A stretch of 64,000 nucleotides of DNA from Candidatus Methylomirabilota bacterium (GTDB lineage: Bacteria; Acidobacteriota; Terriglobia; Acidiferrales; UBA7541). The stretch spans positions 4,017 to 68,016 of the forward strand of contig DATMMG010000184.1 in the NCBI GenBank assembly GCA_035569815.1, written 5' to 3'. Both the position numbers and the translations under genes were made by a program. Below the pieces are notes generated by a model. It saw only the letters and a program-made list of their open reading frames with translations. It was not told the origin of the DNA and made no database searches. Positions 48,401 to 57,559 of the stretch are shown in pieces. How positions within the stretch are numbered: the first letter of the stretch is position 1; the number at the start of each line of letters is the position of its first letter.

Positions 48401-49090
48401 TCGTTATATGTGCTGCTGGGATATACGTATAGCAAGTCGATGGACGATTCTTCAGGATACGGGGAGCAGATCAACCCGTACAATCCGAGGCTGAGCCGCG
48501 GGCTTTCGGCATTCGATAGCACGCACAATTTCGTGGCCAGCTACAACTACCGGCTGCCGTTCGACAAGATTCAAACAGCCAAGCTGCTGACGCACGGATG
48601 GGAAATCGCCGGAGTGACGACGTTCTCGACGGGGCTGCCGATCACCATCGTGGAGACGGATGACCGGGCACTGACGGGAACGGGATTTGGCGGACCGATC
48701 GTGCTGCCGGTGGACACGCCGAATTACAACGGGGCTCCGTTGGGGATTACCAATCCGCGGAACAACCCGAACCACTACTTCTTCAACATTGGGAATTTCA
48801 GCCAAAGCGCCCTGGGGGTAGAAGGAAACGCGAACCGGCGGTTCTTCCACGGTCCGGGGATCAATAACTGGAACATGACCTTCAAGAAGATAACGCCAAT
48901 TCGGGAAAGCATGGCGCTGGAATTCCGGGCGGAGTTTTACAACCTGTTCAACCACGCGCAGTTCGTGAACCCAAGTGGATTGGTTCCCGGGCCGTTGGGG
49001 ACCCCCGCGGCGCCGCTGACCAACTTCGGCCAAGTGACGGTGGCGCGCGATCCGCGGCTGGCGCAGCTTGGATTGAAATTGAATTTTTAG
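45422..49090 (+). CDS. Oar-like TonB-dependent receptor (N-terminal carboxypeptidase-regulatory-like domain)
   Basis: Signal peptide, ISGTVTDASGA, AEYG..AGGLINVVTKSGSN, QNQFGGTVGGPI, C-terminal QLGLKLNF. Confidence 0.93.
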   Translation: MQVTRLRTCVWVLVLALAVLFCGRLNAGVTASISGTVTDASGAAVVGAAVIATNLETGLATTQTTNGQGYYSFQSLALGKYTIDVQHKGFKAYQKTGIVLEVNDAQVVDVPLQVGQSTEKVVVESDALHVETSNTQMGEVIEGKQMTDVPLLTRSFTDLLFLQPGVINTASGMSGAYAGSFISAGFALPQISGDQNSGAQSVNGMREAANGFILNGLLAQESGYSGAGAIPNLDSLAEFRILTNNADAEYGNYAGGLINVVTKSGSNNFHGNAFEFFRNTDLNTANFFAAGQRGAYHQNQFGGTVGGPIKKDKLFFFADYQGNRQVVGETQVISNAPAETLLQNGNLSSVSSALTGTVQGTAWANELTTQLANQLGGQTVTPGEAYYAPGCTADGAGGTTKCVFPTLTLNPANFNGISSKLLPFILPPNNANGTFSTSAQKLDLTDNKFSGRVDANTHFGLLTAYYYFDKFDRVDPYWASNAPLYPGFSVDSNGHTHTIDLGNTKTFSSAAVNEFRLGYFRLDTKFNQPLGGTGTTLASLGFAPGGSPTSPGVTVGAPSVQGVPEIDFNNWVIGVPSRPNRITENIYQAMDNYTRVFGKHTLKVGVQYHFNQLEENLFNVANGNFFFGSNFSGQPSETGSDIVDFLLGAPTQFVQGQSYPSYGRTYYFGAFAQDSWRVKSNLTFNYGLRYDVSAPWREKYNEIQTLIPGEQSVVFPGSPIGWVFPGDPGVPRSLAPTRWNNFAPRLGLAYSFGEHEGMLGKVVGKPGSTSVRVGWGMFYNTFEGATDFNEIGDAPFGNYTGQNQPSFASPFLQRGSGSLVSNPFPVAPPPKNFSAKNPATGFPYDNLFDFFNAFGTIGSSPAFNNHNRLPYAEHYELSIQRELTPSDLLTVSYVGTQGHRLLSSISANPGIPSLCLQLQSAGCGPGGENNIYTLGGVTYAGTRGPFSTPYINTPIPTPTGPQFIVPFGNDSYFSTIGNSVYNSAQISWKHTAKSLYVLLGYTYSKSMDDSSGYGEQINPYNPRLSRGLSAFDSTHNFVASYNYRLPFDKIQTAKLLTHGWEIAGVTTFSTGLPITIVETDDRALTGTGFGGPIVLPVDTPNYNGAPLGITNPRNNPNHYFFNIGNFSQSALGVEGNANRRFFHGPGINNWNMTFKKITPIRESMALEFRAEFYNLFNHAQFVNPSGLVPGPLGTPAAPLTNFGQVTVARDPRLAQLGLKLNF

Positions 49091-49127
49091 CAGGTTGTTG
49101 ATGAGCGTTTAAGGGCAATAACCCCGA

Positions 49128-49166
49128 GCGGGGAATCCTGGCCCAGCCGATTCCCCGCGATTTTTT
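49128..49166 (+). terminator. Intrinsic terminator-like hairpin after the receptor gene
   Basis: gcggggaatc-N11-gattccccgc followed by gatttttt. Confidence 0.6.
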
Positions 49167-49220
49167 GAAGAAGTACGAGGCCTCCCGGCCAATTCCAATG
49201 GAAGCGAAAGAGACTCGGCA

Positions 49221-50369
49221 ATGTCGGCCCAAGGCGTACTCGCAGCAACACTGGTAAAACCTGGACAGTACGAATTGCGTGAGTACCCGCTGCCGGAGCC
49301 GCGGCCGGGGTGTGTGCTGGTGAAGATGGAGATGTCCGGGATTTGCGGGACGGACAAGCACACGTTTCAGGGATATGTGACGCAGTACGGCGACCGGAAA
49401 CTGGAATTCCCGATTATTCAGGGCCACGAGAATGTGGGAACGATCGAGGCGATTGGAGGAGAAGGGCAGTACGCGGATTTTGAGGGCGTGGCGTTGCGGG
49501 TGGGCGACCGCGTGGTGGTGGGCGCGAATGTTTCGTGCGGGGAGTGTTACTACTGCCGGCACGATTTTCCATACTACTGCTGCGAGAAGACGACGGATTA
49601 CGGGAATAATTTGAGCGCGAAGAATCCGCCGCATTTGTTCGGCGGGTGGTCGCAATACATTTATATCGTGCCGGGAAGTTTTCTGGTGAAGGTGCCGGAC
49701 GATCTGCCGTCGGAAGTGGCGGTGCTGACGGAGATTTTCGCGGTTTCGGTGGGGCTGGACCGGGCGAAGCAGATGTCGGCGTTTCCGAATGAATCTTTCC
49801 GGTTCGACGATACCGTGGTGGTGATGGGCGTCGGGCCGCTGGGGATGTGTTTTTTGATGAAGGCGCGGATGTTGGGGGCGGGAACGATTATTGCGGTGGA
49901 TTTGTCGGAGTACCGGCTGGATTTTGCGAAGCGGCTGGGAGCGGATTATACGATTCATGCGGGGAAGATGTCTCAGAAGGAACGTTTGGAGCTTGTGAGA
50001 TCGCTGACGAACGGGCGCGGTGCGGACATGGTGGTGGAGTGCGCGGGAGTGCCGCAGGCGGTGCCGGAAGCGCTTGAGATGTTGCGGGTGAGCGGGCTGC
50101 TGGTGGAAGCGGGGAATTTTTCGGATTTGGGCGAGGTGGCGATCAGTCCGCACCGGCATTTGTGCGCGAAGAATGCGCGGATATTGTCGGTGGGAGGGGA
50201 AGAGCCGGCGGCGTACGGGCCGAGCATGAGGCAGATGACGCGGTATATGAAGCAGTACCCGTTGCGGGAGTTTGTTACGCACCGGTATGGATTGCGGGAT
50301 GTGGATGCGGCGATGGCGAAGGCGATTGGTGCGGAGTCGATGAAGGTGGTGTTGGAGCCGTGGAAGTGA
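49221..50369 (+). CDS. Zn-dependent medium-chain dehydrogenase (polyol/cyclitol type)
   Basis: GICGTD.H, GHE, CGECYYC structural Zn site, GVGPLG. Confidence 0.9.
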   Translation: MSAQGVLAATLVKPGQYELREYPLPEPRPGCVLVKMEMSGICGTDKHTFQGYVTQYGDRKLEFPIIQGHENVGTIEAIGGEGQYADFEGVALRVGDRVVVGANVSCGECYYCRHDFPYYCCEKTTDYGNNLSAKNPPHLFGGWSQYIYIVPGSFLVKVPDDLPSEVAVLTEIFAVSVGLDRAKQMSAFPNESFRFDDTVVVMGVGPLGMCFLMKARMLGAGTIIAVDLSEYRLDFAKRLGADYTIHAGKMSQKERLELVRSLTNGRGADMVVECAGVPQAVPEALEMLRVSGLLVEAGNFSDLGEVAISPHRHLCAKNARILSVGGEEPAAYGPSMRQMTRYMKQYPLREFVTHRYGLRDVDAAMAKAIGAESMKVVLEPWK

Positions 50370-50394
50370 AGGAGAGGATTGTGCGGATGTGAAG

Positions 50395-50422
50395 GGCGGC
50401 CCCACCAGGTCGGGGCCGCCAC
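50395..50422. repeat. REP-like hairpin
   Basis: ggcggcccc-accaggtc-ggggccgcc-ac. Confidence 0.55.
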
Positions 50423-50430
50423 GGGAGAAG

Positions 50431-51375
50431 ATGATGAGCGGATTGAAGGAGAGGTTTTTGTTTGCGTGTGCGCCGGATAGCTGGGGCGTGCTGGATTATC
50501 CGGGGCCGTCTTGGGAGCAGTCGTACGAGAAGATGCTGGATGAGATGGTGGAGGCGGGATACACGGGGACGGAGCTTGGTCCTTACGGATTTTTTCCGAC
50601 GGATCCGGCGGTGCTGAAGCCTCAGCTGGAGAAGAGGAAGCTGAAGCTTTTGGGATCGTTTGTGCCGGTGAAGATGACGGACCCGGCGGCGGGGAAGGCG
50701 GCTATTGAGCGGATTCGGAAAGTGGGGGATCTGCTGGCGACACTGAAGGCGCCGTTTCTGGTGATGGCGGACGATCAATCGCCGGAGCGGAATGCGTATT
50801 CGGGGCGGGTGTATGAGGAGGGCTGTCCGACGTTGACGGCGGCGCAGTGGAAGCATGTGGGAAACATTGTGGCGGACGCGGAGAAGGTGGCGCAGGAGTT
50901 TGGGCTGGATTTGGTGTTTCATCCGCATGTGGCGACGTATGTGGAGACGCCCGAGGAGTGCGAGCGGTTTTACGATGCGACTTCGCACACGAAGATTGGG
51001 CTTTGCCTGGACACGGGCCACTGCGTGTATGGACATGGGGATTCGGTGAGAGAGGCCGAGAAGTATAAGGATAAGCTGCGGTTTGTGCATATAAAGGACT
51101 GCGCTAACGTGGTGCTGGAAGAGGCGCGGAAGAGGCAGTGGACCTTTGAAGAGGCGATTGAACACAAGGTGTTCACGGTGATCGGGAAGGGGAATATTGA
51201 TTTTCCGGCGTTCTTTCGGACTTTGATTAAGAACGGATATTCGGGGTGGTCGGTGATTGAACAGGATGTGAAGTTTGGGGCTACGGAGATACCGTCGAAG
51301 GACAGTGTGGCCGCGAGCTTGCGGTATTTGGAAGGTGTGATGGGGCAGTTGAGCGCGGCGGCGAAAGCGGGCTGA
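50431..51375 (+). CDS. iolE: IolE/MocC-like inosose dehydratase (xylose isomerase-like TIM barrel)
   Basis: APDSWG, GTELGP, FHPHVATYVET, CLDTGH, VHIKD, EQD. Confidence 0.8.
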   Translation: MMSGLKERFLFACAPDSWGVLDYPGPSWEQSYEKMLDEMVEAGYTGTELGPYGFFPTDPAVLKPQLEKRKLKLLGSFVPVKMTDPAAGKAAIERIRKVGDLLATLKAPFLVMADDQSPERNAYSGRVYEEGCPTLTAAQWKHVGNIVADAEKVAQEFGLDLVFHPHVATYVETPEECERFYDATSHTKIGLCLDTGHCVYGHGDSVREAEKYKDKLRFVHIKDCANVVLEEARKRQWTFEEAIEHKVFTVIGKGNIDFPAFFRTLIKNGYSGWSVIEQDVKFGATEIPSKDSVAASLRYLEGVMGQLSAAAKAG

Positions 51376-51484
51376 AATTAGAAATTGGAAAAGAGAAGAG
51401 AGAAAAGATAACGCAGAGGCGCAGAGTACGCAGAGGTTTCGCAGAGAAGAGAAAGACAAGAACACAGGCTGAAGCCTGTGCTAC
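51374..51484. repeat. 7-mer repeat, CAGAG repeat and REP hairpin
   Basis: gaaattagaaattgg; aacgcagaggcgcagagtacgcagag; cacaggctgaagcctgtgctac (51463-51484). Confidence 0.82.
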
Positions 51485-51495
51485 CGAGGAGCGGA

Positions 51496-52524
51496 ATGCG
51501 GAAGATTAGGATGGGCGTGTTGGGCGTCGGGGAAATGGGGAAGCGGCACGCGGAGAATTTGCGGCGGCTGGTGCCGGGAGCGGAGTTGGTGGCGATTGCG
51601 GATGTGGTGGAAGCGCGGGCGAAGCAGGTCGCGGAGGAGTTGGAGGTGGAGCACGCGTTTGGAAGCCTGGAGGCGATGCTGGCGTTGAAGGGATTGCAGG
51701 CGGTGTTGATCTCGACGCCGGACAAGTTTCACGCGCAAGCGCTGATTCAGGCGGCGAAGGCGGGGAAGGACATTTTGTGCGAGAAGCCGCTGGCACTGAC
51801 GATGACCGACGCGCACGCGGCGTTGGATGCAGTGGCCAAGGCGGGGGTGCGCCTGCAGGTGGGATTTATGCGGCGGTACGATCCGGCTTACGCAGCGGCG
51901 ATGAAGCGGATTGAGGCGGGGGAGATTGGGACGCCGCTGATTTTCAAGTCGGTGGGGCGGGACAAGGACGAGCCGCCGATGGCGGCGTATCACTCCGGCG
52001 TGAACGGGATGATTTTTTACACGAATACCATTCACGATTTCGATTTGGCGCGGTGGATGATGCGGGACGAGGTGATTGAAGTGCATTCGTATGGCACCTC
52101 GGTGACGCGGCCGGAAGTGGCGAAGTTCGGGGATGTGGTGGCGAGTTCAGTGAATCTGCAATATCGCGGCGGGGCGATTGGAAATGTCGAGTCGTATGCT
52201 TCGGCGATTTACGCGTATGACGTGCGGACGGAGATATTGGGAACGAAGGGCGCAGTTTTCGTGGGAACCATCGAGCAGGCGCCGGCGGTTTTTTTGAGCG
52301 CGAACGGAAGTGCGCAAAAACTGGCGGATCATTTTCTCACGCGGTTTGCGGGCGCGTATCTGGCCGAGGTGCGGGATTTTGTACAGAACGTGCTTGACGA
52401 CAGACCTGTGCGGGTGACGGGCGAGGATGGATTGAAGGCGCTGGCGACGGCGGTGGCGGCGGAGAGTTCGATGAAGCAGGGAAGAGGGGTGAAGGTGACG
52501 CTGGAACGCTCAGCGGCAACTTGA
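51496..52524 (+). CDS. iolG: Inositol 2-dehydrogenase-like Gfo/Idh/MocA oxidoreductase
   Basis: GVGEMG, CEKP, VGFMRRYDP, IHDFD, YAYDVRTE. Confidence 0.82.
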   Translation: MRKIRMGVLGVGEMGKRHAENLRRLVPGAELVAIADVVEARAKQVAEELEVEHAFGSLEAMLALKGLQAVLISTPDKFHAQALIQAAKAGKDILCEKPLALTMTDAHAALDAVAKAGVRLQVGFMRRYDPAYAAAMKRIEAGEIGTPLIFKSVGRDKDEPPMAAYHSGVNGMIFYTNTIHDFDLARWMMRDEVIEVHSYGTSVTRPEVAKFGDVVASSVNLQYRGGAIGNVESYASAIYAYDVRTEILGTKGAVFVGTIEQAPAVFLSANGSAQKLADHFLTRFAGAYLAEVRDFVQNVLDDRPVRVTGEDGLKALATAVAAESSMKQGRGVKVTLERSAAT

Positions 52525-52561
52525 GATTGGTTGGGCAAAGTTCGGTTGGCGGGAGGAGTTT

Positions 52562-53656
52562 ATGACCCAAGCGACCGCTACGGCATTCAAGAGTCCGCTG
52601 CACAAGATGACGCAGACTACGCAGACGTGTTTGTGGAACGACTCCGCGTCGATCGAGGAATTGAAGTATTCGATGGAGCATGGCGGCGTGGGGGCGACGT
52701 GCAATCCGGTGATCGTGCTGGGTGTGCTGAAGAAAGAACTCGTCAATTGGAAGACGCGGATTGAGGCGTTGCTGAAGGACTTTCCGAACGCAACGGAAGA
52801 CGAGATTGCGTGGAAGGTGGTGCGGGAGATTTCGGTGCGGGCGGCGGCTCTGCTCAAGCCGGTTTTCGATGCGCAAGGCGGGAAGAACGGAAGACTTTCG
52901 ATTCAAACCGACCCGCGGCTGTATCGGGATGCGAAGAGTATTGTGGAGCAGGCGGAAGAGTTCAGCCGATTAGCGCCGAACATGATTGTGAAGATTCCGG
53001 TGACTTCGGCGGGGATACCGGCGATTGAAGAAGCGACGTACCGGGGGATCAGCATTAATGCGACGGTGTGTTTCACGCTGCCGCAGTGCGTTGCAGTGGC
53101 GGAAGCGGTGGAACGCGGGCTGAAGCGGCGGGAAAAAGAGGGCAACGAAATCGCGAGCATGGGGCCGGTGTGCACGATTATGGTCGGGCGGCTGGATGAT
53201 TGGCTGAAGGTGCTGATCGAAAAAGAGAATGTGGCCATTGATCCGGGATATACGGAGTGGGCGGGCGTGGCGGTGTTCAAGAATACGTACAAACTTTTTC
53301 GGGAACGCGGATACCGAATCCGGCTGCTGTCTGCGGCGTTTCGAAATCACATGCATTGGAGCGAAATGATTGGCGGGGAGTGCGTGATTTCGCCGCCGTA
53401 TTCGTGGCAGGTGCGATTTAACCGGAGCGATATTGAGGTGGTTTCGAGAATCGATAAGCCCGTGGCTGGGGAAATTGTGGAGGAGTTGGGGCGGAAGTTT
53501 GCGGATTTTCGGCGGGCGTATTCGGAGAATGGGATTGCGATTGGAGAGTTTGATTCGTTTGGGCCTACCCGGCGGACGTTGAGGCAGTTTATTGGGGCTT
53601 GCCACGATTTGGATGGAGTGGTGAGGGACATTATGTTGCCGAATCCGGATGCGTAG
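52562..53656 (+). CDS. Transaldolase-family protein, divergent active site
   Basis: TCNP, NMIVKIP Schiff-base Lys, INATVCF, VGRLDD. Confidence 0.88.
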   Translation: MTQATATAFKSPLHKMTQTTQTCLWNDSASIEELKYSMEHGGVGATCNPVIVLGVLKKELVNWKTRIEALLKDFPNATEDEIAWKVVREISVRAAALLKPVFDAQGGKNGRLSIQTDPRLYRDAKSIVEQAEEFSRLAPNMIVKIPVTSAGIPAIEEATYRGISINATVCFTLPQCVAVAEAVERGLKRREKEGNEIASMGPVCTIMVGRLDDWLKVLIEKENVAIDPGYTEWAGVAVFKNTYKLFRERGYRIRLLSAAFRNHMHWSEMIGGECVISPPYSWQVRFNRSDIEVVSRIDKPVAGEIVEELGRKFADFRRAYSENGIAIGEFDSFGPTRRTLRQFIGACHDLDGVVRDIMLPNPDA

Positions 53657-53675
53657 CTAGAAAAAAAGAGAAAAC

Positions 53676-53789
53676 TAACGCAGAGACGCAGAGTACGCCG
53701 AGCCGGAGCAGAGGAGAGAAACCCAAGAGCGGCCCGCCCCGCAAAACCGTCCGGTGCGCAACGAACGCGCCTCGGAAGGCGGGCCCTAC
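53676..53789. repeat. CAGAG repeat plus composite GTAG REP
   Basis: taacgcagagacgcagag...; gagcggcccgcc...gcgcaacgaacgcgcctcggaaggcgggccctac. Confidence 0.8.
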
Positions 53790-53845
53790 AACGCACGCCG
53801 TTGGATTTGTGTTCAGTTTGAATTTTTGAATGGAGGAATGGGCTC

Positions 53846-55144
53846 GTGGGAAAACTTGCGATTACGGGTGGGAAAGTCCTAAGGAAGACGCCGTTTACGA
53901 GGTGGCCGATTCCCACGAAGGCGGAGACGGCGGCTTTGAAGGATGTGCTGGAGAGCACGCTGTGGGGCGGGCAGCCGTTTCCGGGAAAACATGCGGCGGC
54001 GTTCGCGGCGAAATTTGCGAAGGTACATACCGCGAAGTACGGGCAGTGCGTGAACACGGGGACGGTGGCGATCCAGGCGGCGCTTAAGGCGATCGGGATC
54101 AAGCCGGGAGACGAAGTGATTGTGCCGGCGTACACCTGGGAAGGAACGGTCGGGCCGGTGCTGCTGGTGAACGCGGTGCCTGTGTTCGTGGATGTGGATC
54201 CGGACACGTATTGCCTGGACGCGAAGCTGATTGAGAAAGCGATAACGCCGAAGACGAAGGCGATTTTGCCGGTGCATCTGGGGATGCGCTTCGCGGACAT
54301 GGATGAGATTTTGCGCGTGGCTTCCAAACACAATTTAAAAGTTGTGGAAGACTGCGCGCATGCGCATGGCGGAAAGTGGAAGGGGAAGGGCGCGGGGTCG
54401 ATGGGAGACTTGGGCGCGTTCAGTTTTCAGTCGAGCAAACTGATTACTTCGGGAGAGGGCGGGGCTGTTATTACCAACAACCTGGAGTACATGGAACTCG
54501 TGCAGAGTTACATCAATGCCGGGCGGGCGAGCCTGACGGACAAATATAAGAAACGGATCATCGGTTTCAATTACCGGCTGGGAGAATTTCAGGCGGCGGT
54601 GCTGGGAGCTCAGCTGGAACGTATGGCGAAGCAAAGCGCGATTCGCGAGAAGAATATGAAGCGGTTTGAGGCGCGGCTGGCGAAAACGCCGGGGATCGGC
54701 TTGCTGAAGCCGGATCCGCGGATTACGCGGCTGGCGCCGTATGGGTATGTGATCAAGTATTTTGCGGAGAAGGTGAAGGAGCTTCCGCGGGCGGCGTTTG
54801 TGGCGGCGATGCAACTTGAGGGAGTGCATTGCGACGGGTTGTTTTACGAGCCGGTTTACAAGAGTTCGCTGTTTCCGGTGGATGCGACGGATTTTCCGGC
54901 GTTGAGCTGGGGGCGGGAAAAGGCCTTGGATTTGCGTTCGATGTATTCGTGCCCGGAGTCGGAGAGGGCGGCGTATCAGGAGGCGGTGTGGTTTCCGCAC
55001 CAGCACTTTTTGGGAAGTACGAAGGATGTGGATGATATTGCGGATGCGGTGCACAAGGTGCTGGAGAATGTTGAGGAGCTGAGAGGGTTGGATCATAAGG
55101 CGATACGGAATCAGAGGCTGGGTAGGGCGGATCGGGAGAGTTGA
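53846..55144 (+). CDS. DegT/DnrJ/EryC1/StrS PLP aminotransferase, StsC/BtrR/RifK-like
   Basis: LAITGG..RWP N-terminus, PVFVDVDPDTYCLD, EDCAHAHG, FSFQSSKLITSGEGG. Confidence 0.9.
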   Translation: MGKLAITGGKVLRKTPFTRWPIPTKAETAALKDVLESTLWGGQPFPGKHAAAFAAKFAKVHTAKYGQCVNTGTVAIQAALKAIGIKPGDEVIVPAYTWEGTVGPVLLVNAVPVFVDVDPDTYCLDAKLIEKAITPKTKAILPVHLGMRFADMDEILRVASKHNLKVVEDCAHAHGGKWKGKGAGSMGDLGAFSFQSSKLITSGEGGAVITNNLEYMELVQSYINAGRASLTDKYKKRIIGFNYRLGEFQAAVLGAQLERMAKQSAIREKNMKRFEARLAKTPGIGLLKPDPRITRLAPYGYVIKYFAEKVKELPRAAFVAAMQLEGVHCDGLFYEPVYKSSLFPVDATDFPALSWGREKALDLRSMYSCPESERAAYQEAVWFPHQHFLGSTKDVDDIADAVHKVLENVEELRGLDHKAIRNQRLGRADRES

Positions 55145-55174
55145 GGGCAGCGTTTAAGAGAAGAGCGAATAGCT

Positions 55175-55250
55175 TAACGCAGAGACGCAGAGGGCGCAGA
55201 GCCGGAGCAGAGAAGAGTAAACCAAGAACACAGGCTGAAGCCTGTGCTAC
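55175..55250. repeat. CAGAG repeat plus REP hairpin
   Basis: ttaacgcagagacgcagagggcgcagag; cacaggctgaagcctgtgctac (55229-55250), identical to 51463-51484. Confidence 0.85.
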
Positions 55251-55287
55251 TGGCGGGGAATTGTCGTGGGGACGTGAATCTACAACT

Positions 55288-56319
55288 ATGAAAACTGGGA
55301 AAAAGGTGGGGTTTGCGGTGGTGGGGCTGGGGGCGATTGCGCAGGGGGCGGTGCTGCCCGCGTTTCGGAATGCGAAGAAGGCGAGGCTTGTAGCGTTGGT
55401 TGGCCGGGACAAGCGGAAGGCCGAAAAGCTGACACGAAAATTTGGGGCAGCGGCGGCTTACGGGGCGGAGGAGTTTGGCGCTTGCCTGAAGAACCCAGAG
55501 GTTGATGCAGTTTATCTGGCTACGCCGCAGAGCGAGCACTTGAGCGGCACAATTGCAGCGGCTCGGGCGGGGAAGCACGTGCTTTGCGAAAAGCCGCTGG
55601 CGGTGAGGGCGGAGCAGTCGGCGGAGATGGTGCGGGTCTGCGAAGAGTGCGGCGTGCAGTTGATGACCGCGTACCGGAAATATTACGAGCCGAGCGCGTT
55701 GTACCTGAAAAATTTGATTCAGAGCGGGAAGCTAGGGAAGATTGATGTAATCAACACTTCGTTCAGCGAGCTGCATGTGGCGGGGCGGTCGATTCCCTGG
55801 CTGCTGGATTCCAAAGTGGCGGGCGGCGGGCCGTTGATGGATTTGGGCGTCTATTGCGTGAACACGAGCCGGTGGCTGGTGGAAGAGGATCCGGTGGAGG
55901 TTAGCGCGCACGCATGGAGAAAAGATTTGGAACGATTTCGGGACGTAGAGGAAGGGATATCGTTCCGGATGCATTTTGCAAGCGGGCTGGTGGTGCAGGG
56001 GACATCGACGTACAGCTCGGCGATTTCGTCGTTTGTGTTTGTGCAAGGAACGAAGGGATGGGCTTGCCTGACGCCGGCGTTTCCGTTTGATGAGGAGCGG
56101 CGGTTGACGGGAAAGATTGGCGGGAAGTGGTTTGAGAAGGGCTTCAAGGTGGTGGATGAGTTTGCGCCGGAGCTGGATGCGTTTGCGACGGCGATTCAGA
56201 CGAAGAAGCGCGTTGAGGCTGATGGGCAGCAGGGGCATTGGGACATGATTATTCTGGAGGCGATTTATGCGTCGGCGAGGAGTGGGGCGCCGGTTAGCGT
56301 AAGATACGGAATTCGTTGA
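55288..56319 (+). CDS. Gfo/Idh/MocA oxidoreductase (GFOR-like)
   Basis: VGLGAIA, CEKP, GGGPLMDLGVY. Confidence 0.9.
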   Translation: MKTGKKVGFAVVGLGAIAQGAVLPAFRNAKKARLVALVGRDKRKAEKLTRKFGAAAAYGAEEFGACLKNPEVDAVYLATPQSEHLSGTIAAARAGKHVLCEKPLAVRAEQSAEMVRVCEECGVQLMTAYRKYYEPSALYLKNLIQSGKLGKIDVINTSFSELHVAGRSIPWLLDSKVAGGGPLMDLGVYCVNTSRWLVEEDPVEVSAHAWRKDLERFRDVEEGISFRMHFASGLVVQGTSTYSSAISSFVFVQGTKGWACLTPAFPFDEERRLTGKIGGKWFEKGFKVVDEFAPELDAFATAIQTKKRVEADGQQGHWDMIILEAIYASARSGAPVSVRYGIR

Positions 56320-56338
56320 CGATGGAAGAAGATAAGAT

Positions 56339-56369
56339 TTCACCACGGAGAGCACAGAGGGCACAGAGC
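56339..56369 (+). repeat. CAGAG purine repeat
   Basis: ttcaccacggagagcacagagggcacagag. Confidence 0.65.
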
Positions 56370-56374
56370 AGATC

Positions 56375-57454
56375 ATGAGCGTTGGGAAGAGTGCCGGACG
56401 GAAGAAGAGTGGAGGGGCCGCTAGTATTTATGATGTGGCGCGGGAGTCCGGGGTGTCTGTGTTTACCGTGTCGGCGGTGGTTAACAACAAGAGTCATGTG
56501 GGCAAGGGGCTACGGGAACGCGTGGAGGCAGCGATTCGGAAGCTGAATTACCGGCCGAACCTGATCGCGCGGAGTTTGGCGAAGCAGCGAACGCACACGA
56601 TCGGGATGATTGTGCCGGACATCGGGAATCCGTTTTTCCCTATAGTGGTGCGCGGAGCGGAGGATGCCGCGCAGAAGCACGGCTACAACTTGTTGCTCTG
56701 CAACAGCGACGACTCGCTGGACAAGGAAGAGAAGGCGATCGAGCTGCTACTTTCGAAGCGGGTGGATGGAATTTTGCTGACGAAGGCGGCGGGGGATTTC
56801 CGGCCGCCGCTGCGGCAAATGATCAAGGAAGTGGATATTCCGTTCGTGCTGGTGATGCGGACGTATCCGAAGCTAACAAAGGATGCGGTGATCACTGACG
56901 ATTACCACGGAGCATATGAAGCGGTGTCGCACCTGGCGCGCGCGGGACGGAAGCGGATTGCGCTGATCAGCGGACCGCTGAAGGTGAGCAATGCGAAAGA
57001 ACGCTGGCAGGGATTTCATGACGCGCTGAAGGCGGAGGGGTTGCCGTACGAAGAGGATCTGGTGATTGAAGGCGATTACCGGCTGGAGTCCGGATTTCGC
57101 GCGGGGCACGCGTTATTTTCGCGGCGACCGGATGGAATTTACGTGGCGAATCATTTGATGACGATAGGATTACTGCAGGCGGCGGAGGAGATGGGGTTGC
57201 GCTGCCCGGAGGATTATGGGCTGGTGAGCTTTGATGATTATCCGTGGCTGGGGATTTTCCGGCCGCGGCTCACCACGGTGGAATTGCCGAAGCATCAGCT
57301 GGGGACGGAGGCGGCGGAGCTTTTGATCAAGCGGATCACGGGAGACGCGAGTAAGCCGGTGCTGCGGAAATTGCAGCCGGAGTTGCGGATTCGGGAGTCG
57401 TGTGGATTTGGATTGCGGGCGGGTGGGGAAGCGAAAATAGAATTTGGAAAATAG
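56375..57454 (+). CDS. LacI-family transcriptional regulator
   Basis: SIYDVARESGVSVFTVSAV HTH, YRPN.IARSL hinge, SFDD, LTTV. Confidence 0.96.
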   Translation: MSVGKSAGRKKSGGAASIYDVARESGVSVFTVSAVVNNKSHVGKGLRERVEAAIRKLNYRPNLIARSLAKQRTHTIGMIVPDIGNPFFPIVVRGAEDAAQKHGYNLLLCNSDDSLDKEEKAIELLLSKRVDGILLTKAAGDFRPPLRQMIKEVDIPFVLVMRTYPKLTKDAVITDDYHGAYEAVSHLARAGRKRIALISGPLKVSNAKERWQGFHDALKAEGLPYEEDLVIEGDYRLESGFRAGHALFSRRPDGIYVANHLMTIGLLQAAEEMGLRCPEDYGLVSFDDYPWLGIFRPRLTTVELPKHQLGTEAAELLIKRITGDASKPVLRKLQPELRIRESCGFGLRAGGEAKIEFGK

Positions 57455-57548
57455 AAATTAGAAAAGAGAAAAGATTTAACACAGAAAACACAGAGGAAGA
57501 GCACGGAGTTCGCAGAGAAGAGCGGCATGCCTCGGAAGTCGGGCCTAC
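57431..57548. repeat. 7-mer repeat, CAGAG repeat and degenerate REP
   Basis: gaaaata gaatttg gaaaata gaaatta; aacacagaaaacacagaggaagagcacggag; gcctcggaagtcgggcctac. Confidence 0.75.
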
Positions 57549-57559
57549 AGATGGGGAAA

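Noticed and set aside
49221-56319. Aminoglycoside biosynthetic cluster
   Set aside because: No cyclitol synthase, glycosyltransferase, resistance or export gene; importers, a LacI repressor and ring-opening IolD point to catabolism
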